This document shows positions 61,995 to 64,000 of a stretch of DNA of 64,000 nucleotides, in pieces. Below the pieces are notes generated by a model. That model searched no databases, was not told the DNA's origin, and saw only the letters and a list, made by a program, of their open reading frames with translations. A program made the position numbers and the translations under genes. Origin of the DNA: an uncultured Gemmatimonadaceae bacterium (GTDB lineage Bacteria; Gemmatimonadota; Gemmatimonadetes; Gemmatimonadales; Gemmatimonadaceae); NCBI GenBank assembly GCA_963829055.1, contig CAWHHI010000016.1:832001-896000 (forward strand), written 5' to 3'. Position 1 is the first letter of the stretch. Every line of letters begins with the position of its first letter.

Positions 61995-63165
61995 ATGTCT
62001 CCCAACGACGCCGTCATCGTCTCGGCCGTTCGCACCGCCGTCGGGCGCGGCAAGAAGGACGGCTCGCTCGCCAACGTTCATCCCGTCGATCTCTCGGCCG
62101 AGGTGCTGAAGGCCGCGGTGAGTCGCGCCGGCGTCGCACCGAGCGACATCGACGACGTGATCTGGGGATGCGCGATGCCCGAGGCGTCGCAGGGACTCAA
62201 CGTCGCGCGCCTCTCCGTGCTGCGCGCCGGCTTCCCGGTCGACGTGCCTGCGACGACGGTCAATCGCTTCTGCTCGTCGGGACTGCAGACGATCGCGATG
62301 GGCGCGCAGGCCATCATGAGCGGGATGGCCGAGACCGTCATTGCCGGCGGCATCGAGATGATGAGCCAGGTGCCGATGTCCGGGTATCCACACCGGACTC
62401 AATCCGGCGATGACCGAGTCGTACATCGGCATGGGCTTCACGGCCGAGCGGGTCGCGCGAGCGATGGAAGGTGAGCCGCGCGGACCAGGACGCGTGGGCG
62501 TTAGGCAGTCAGGAGAAGGCGGCGCGCGCCTGGCAGGCTGGCCGATTCGCCGACCAGATCGTCCCGATCGAGGCCGAGCGGCTGGCGGCAATGGCGGCAG
62601 CCGAGCGTACGGCGTTCTGCGCGCGATGAGCTCGTGCGCGCCGACACGACCGCCGAGAAGCTCGCGAAGCTGCAGCCGGCGTTCAAAGTCGGCGGGACCG
62701 TCACGGCCGGCAATGCGAGCCCGTACTCCGACGGCGCCGCGGCGCTCGTGCTGATGAAGCGCTCGAAGGCCGACGCGTTAGGCCTCAAGCCGCTCGCGCG
62801 GTTCGTCACGTTCGCGGCGGCTGGCGTCGATCCCGACATCATGGGCGTCGGGCCGATCAAGGCCGTGCCGAAGGCGCTTCGCCTCGCCGGCATGTCGCTC
62901 GCCGACATCGACCTCATCGAGTTCAACGAGGCGTTCGCGTCGCAGATCGTCGCGTCGATGCGTGAGCTCGGAATGCCGGAGGATCGCGTGAACGTCAACG
63001 GCGGCGCGATTGCGCTCGGCCATCCGCTCGGCGCGACTGGCGCGAAGCTCACGACGCAGCTGATCCACGAGCTACGAGCGCCGTGGTGGTGGTCGCGGCC
63101 TCGTGACGATGTGCGTCGGCGGCGGCATGGGCGCCGCGGGGATCTTCGAGGTCGACGCCGCCTAA
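61995..63165 (+). CDS. Acetyl-CoA C-acyltransferase (thiolase); split by indels
   Basis: [32 protein letters not shown]. Confidence 0.92.
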
Positions 63166-63176
63166 CGCACGAGCGC

Positions 63177-63947
63177 TCAGGTCATCCAGCCGCCGTCGAC
63201 CACGTACACGCCGCCGGTACAGTAGCTGCCCGGCGTCGGAGGCCAGAAACAGCGCGAGCCCCGCGACGTCCTCGGGAGTGCCAAGACGCGGCAGCGGCTG
63301 CCGCGCGAGCTGTGCCGCAACCGCGGCGTTGTCGTTCCACATCGCGGCGCTGAAGTCGGTCTTGATGAGGCCCGGGCAGATCGCGTTCGCGCGCACGTTC
63401 TGCGCACCCCACTCGAGCGCCATCGCCTTCGTCAGGTTGATCAGCGCGGCCTTGCTGACACTGTAGATCCCGAGCCCCGTGTCCGGCCGCAGACCATCGA
63501 CGCTCGACAGGTTCACGATGGAGCCTCCGCCGCGCGCTGCCATGATCGGGTAACGCGCGACAGCCGAGCTCCAGCGGCGCCTTCACGTTCACGGCCATGA
63601 TCTTGTCGAACGCAGCTCTCGGTCATCGACGTGAGCGGCCCATAGAGCGGACTCACGGCGGCGTTGTTGACGAGCACGTCGATGCCTCCGAGCTCGGTCG
63701 CGGCGAACGCGATGAGCGCGCGCGCTTCGTCGAGCCGGCCGACGTTCGCGGGAAATCCGCGCGCGATGATGCCTCGGCCAGCGAGTGCCTGCACGGTGGA
63801 CTCGACGGCGTCAGGCTTTCTGCTGCTGACGACGACCGCGGCGCCGGCGCGGCCGAGTTGAAATGCGATCGCGCGGCCGATCCCACGCGTGGCGCCGGTG
63901 ATGACGGCGATCTTTCCCGAGAGATCGAAGCGTTGATCGTTTTGCAT
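63177..63947 (-). CDS. Short-chain dehydrogenase/reductase; split by indels
   Basis: [28 protein letters not shown]. Confidence 0.88.
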
Positions 63948-63988
63948 GGCGGGAAGGTGTCGATGTTCGACGCGCGTCGCCATTGGGC

Positions 63989-64000
63989 GTCATTCCGAGC
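63989..64000. repeat. Start of a second copy of the GTCATTCCGAGC REP-like element
   Basis: 12/12 identity with the left end at 38819; intergenic; truncated by the window end. Confidence 0.6.

Overview
High-GC bacterial chromosomal window. Gene content and repeat style suggest Gemmatimonadota (inference only). Many single-base indels split ordinary genes, most densely after ~33 kb; I treat these as read/assembly errors, so coordinates of split genes are approximate. (1) 1-19 kb, minus strand: a tightly coupled chemosensory/polarity cluster. It has cheW x3, cheY, cheA, cheC, cheR, cheD and cheB but no chemoreceptor. Inside it sits a module of TPR proteins, two DUF4388/PATAN proteins with MshEN-like motifs, three roadblock/MglB proteins, an MglA GTPase and a double DnaA-type AAA+ ATPase lacking a DNA-binding domain. 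(2) 19-35 kb, minus strand: housekeeping run tilS-hpt-ftsH-folP-cdaA-DUF2723-yggS-divIVA-PNP-ileS-dksA-lspA-rluD, interrupted by one opposite-strand four-helix-bundle gene. (3) 35-64 kb: mixed metabolic, peptidase and transport genes. This part includes a compact AraC regulator / tiny lipopeptide / TPR-like protein trio that looks like a peptide-signalling cassette. DNA-level features: inverted heptamer arrays (GGGAATC, GGGGACT and others) between and inside genes, a REP-like palindrome family, and a strongly iterated non-palindromic motif GTTAGGC/GCCTAAC. No rRNA, tRNA, CRISPR array or transposase was recognised.
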